A DNA stretch of 64,000 nucleotides, from contig JAGCOB010000012.1 in assembly GCA_017645645.1 (NCBI GenBank), forward strand, positions 20,597 to 84,596, in the 5' to 3' direction. Below, piece by piece: positions 63,227 through 64,000 of this stretch (position 1 is its first letter; the number at the start of each line of letters is the position of its first letter). The notes beneath the pieces were generated by a model. That model was not told the origin of the DNA, searched no databases, and saw nothing but the letters and a program-made list of their open reading frames with translations. Origin of the DNA: Prevotella sp. Its GTDB lineage: Bacteria > Bacteroidota > Bacteroidia > Bacteroidales > Bacteroidaceae. Made by a program: the position numbers and the translations under genes.

Positions 63227-64000
63227 AACTTTCCCACAGCCGTTTCTTAAATTTAGGATGAATCCTTTGAGGTAAGTCACTCAAAAGGATGGCATGCTCT
63301 TGGTCACGCAGGAAGATGTTCTTCATGCGCAAGGCAGTACCCTCATCATAGATAAAGGCATTCGCCTCGAAATTATTCTCGAAGGAGCGGAAGTCGACAT
63401 TCGTAGACCCGCAGGTTGTCAGGGAGTCGTCGCACACCATCGTCTTGGAATGCAGGAATCCTGCCTGGTAGAGATACACCTTCACACCAGCTTCATAGAC
63501 CTCGCGGAGATAGGAGCGGGAGGCCCATTCCGTAAAACGTGCATCAGAGCGACGGGGGCAGAGAATACGTACGTCGACTCCTGCCATCGCTGCCGTCTTC
63601 AAGGCGAAGAGTACAGGTTCGTTAGGCAGGAAATAAGGTGTCTCGATATAGATATAGCGCCGTGCAGCGAGGATGATGCGTACAAATCCCTGCATAATTT
63701 CCGGATAGGGATTGGTGGGACTGCTGGTGACAATTTGGGCGAGACAGTTGTTGGCAATTGGCTGTTGGTTATTGGCTTTTAGTTGTGGTGGGTAGTAGTC
63801 ACGGTTGGTGATAAGGGTACGGTCTACGAAATACCAGTCGATGAGGAAGGCACGTTGGATACCATATACGGCACCGCCTGTGATACGGAACATCGTATCA
63901 CGCCATGGCTGGTTGACACCTTTCACATAGCGCAGGGCGATATTCATGCCTCCGATATAGCCTGTCACACCGTCGATGACGATGAGTTTACGGTGGTTGC
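63198..64000 (-). CDS. cls: Cardiolipin synthase, 5' end outside window
   Basis: Two HKD motifs: NHRKLIVIDG..GYIGGMN at the window edge and FLHSKTMVCD..CGSTNVDFRSFENNFE. Confidence 0.93.
   Translation of the reverse strand, partial: NHRKLIVIDGVTGYIGGMNIALRYVKGVNQPWRDTMFRITGGAVYGIQRAFLIDWYFVDRTLITNRDYYPPQLKANNQQPIANNCLAQIVTSSPTNPYPEIMQGFVRIILAARRYIYIETPYFLPNEPVLFALKTAAMAGVDVRILCPRRSDARFTEWASRSYLREVYEAGVKVYLYQAGFLHSKTMVCDDSLTTCGSTNVDFRSFENNFEANAFIYDEGTALRMKNIFLRDQEHAILLSDLPQRIHPKFKKRLWESFTRLFSPLL

Overview
A 64-kb chromosomal window from a Bacteroidales bacterium, most likely Prevotella-like (TAnnTTTG -7 promoter boxes, sprA-ruvA synteny, Prevotella-type C-terminal secretion signals). Housekeeping blocks: sprA (runs off the left edge and is missed by the ORF track), ruvA, ddh, fur, GH28, the glycine-cleavage cluster lplA-gcvT-gcvH-gcvPA-gcvPB-lpdA, nadB, dacB, mscS, an OM-barrel/histidine kinase/LytTR module, GH5, mutY-purN-yraN, etfB-etfA-acyl-CoA dehydrogenase, a PP2C/anti-sigma/STAS module, rmuC, a RecD-like helicase, DUF3822-rsmD and cls (runs off the right edge). 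Three accessory zones interrupt these. (i) 18.9-25.7 kb: a surface-protein/lipoprotein cluster ending in a small YxxP peptide. (ii) 39.8-47.6 kb: a recombination-scarred zone with a duplicated secreted-protein gene, an AAA-DUF4143 gene flanked by a perfect 17-bp direct repeat at the 3' end of a dead paralogue, phased repeats, palindromes and an orphan primase-helicase. (iii) 52.8-60.2 kb: a Cys-rich protein plus radical SAM pair divergent from a three-gene operon encoding a degenerate-SIR2/TIR protein, a membrane-anchored nSTAND1 NTPase with extracytoplasmic repeats and a PDZ-like end, and a membrane-anchored FGE/C-lectin-fold protein. This operon is the best candidate for an undescribed trans-envelope immune or signalling system. 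The window also shows REP/REPIN-like palindromes and heptamer tandem repeats sitting in frame inside at least nine genes. No rRNA, tRNA, CRISPR array, integrase, transposase or reverse transcriptase was recognised. All family assignments come from motif recognition by eye, not from database searches.
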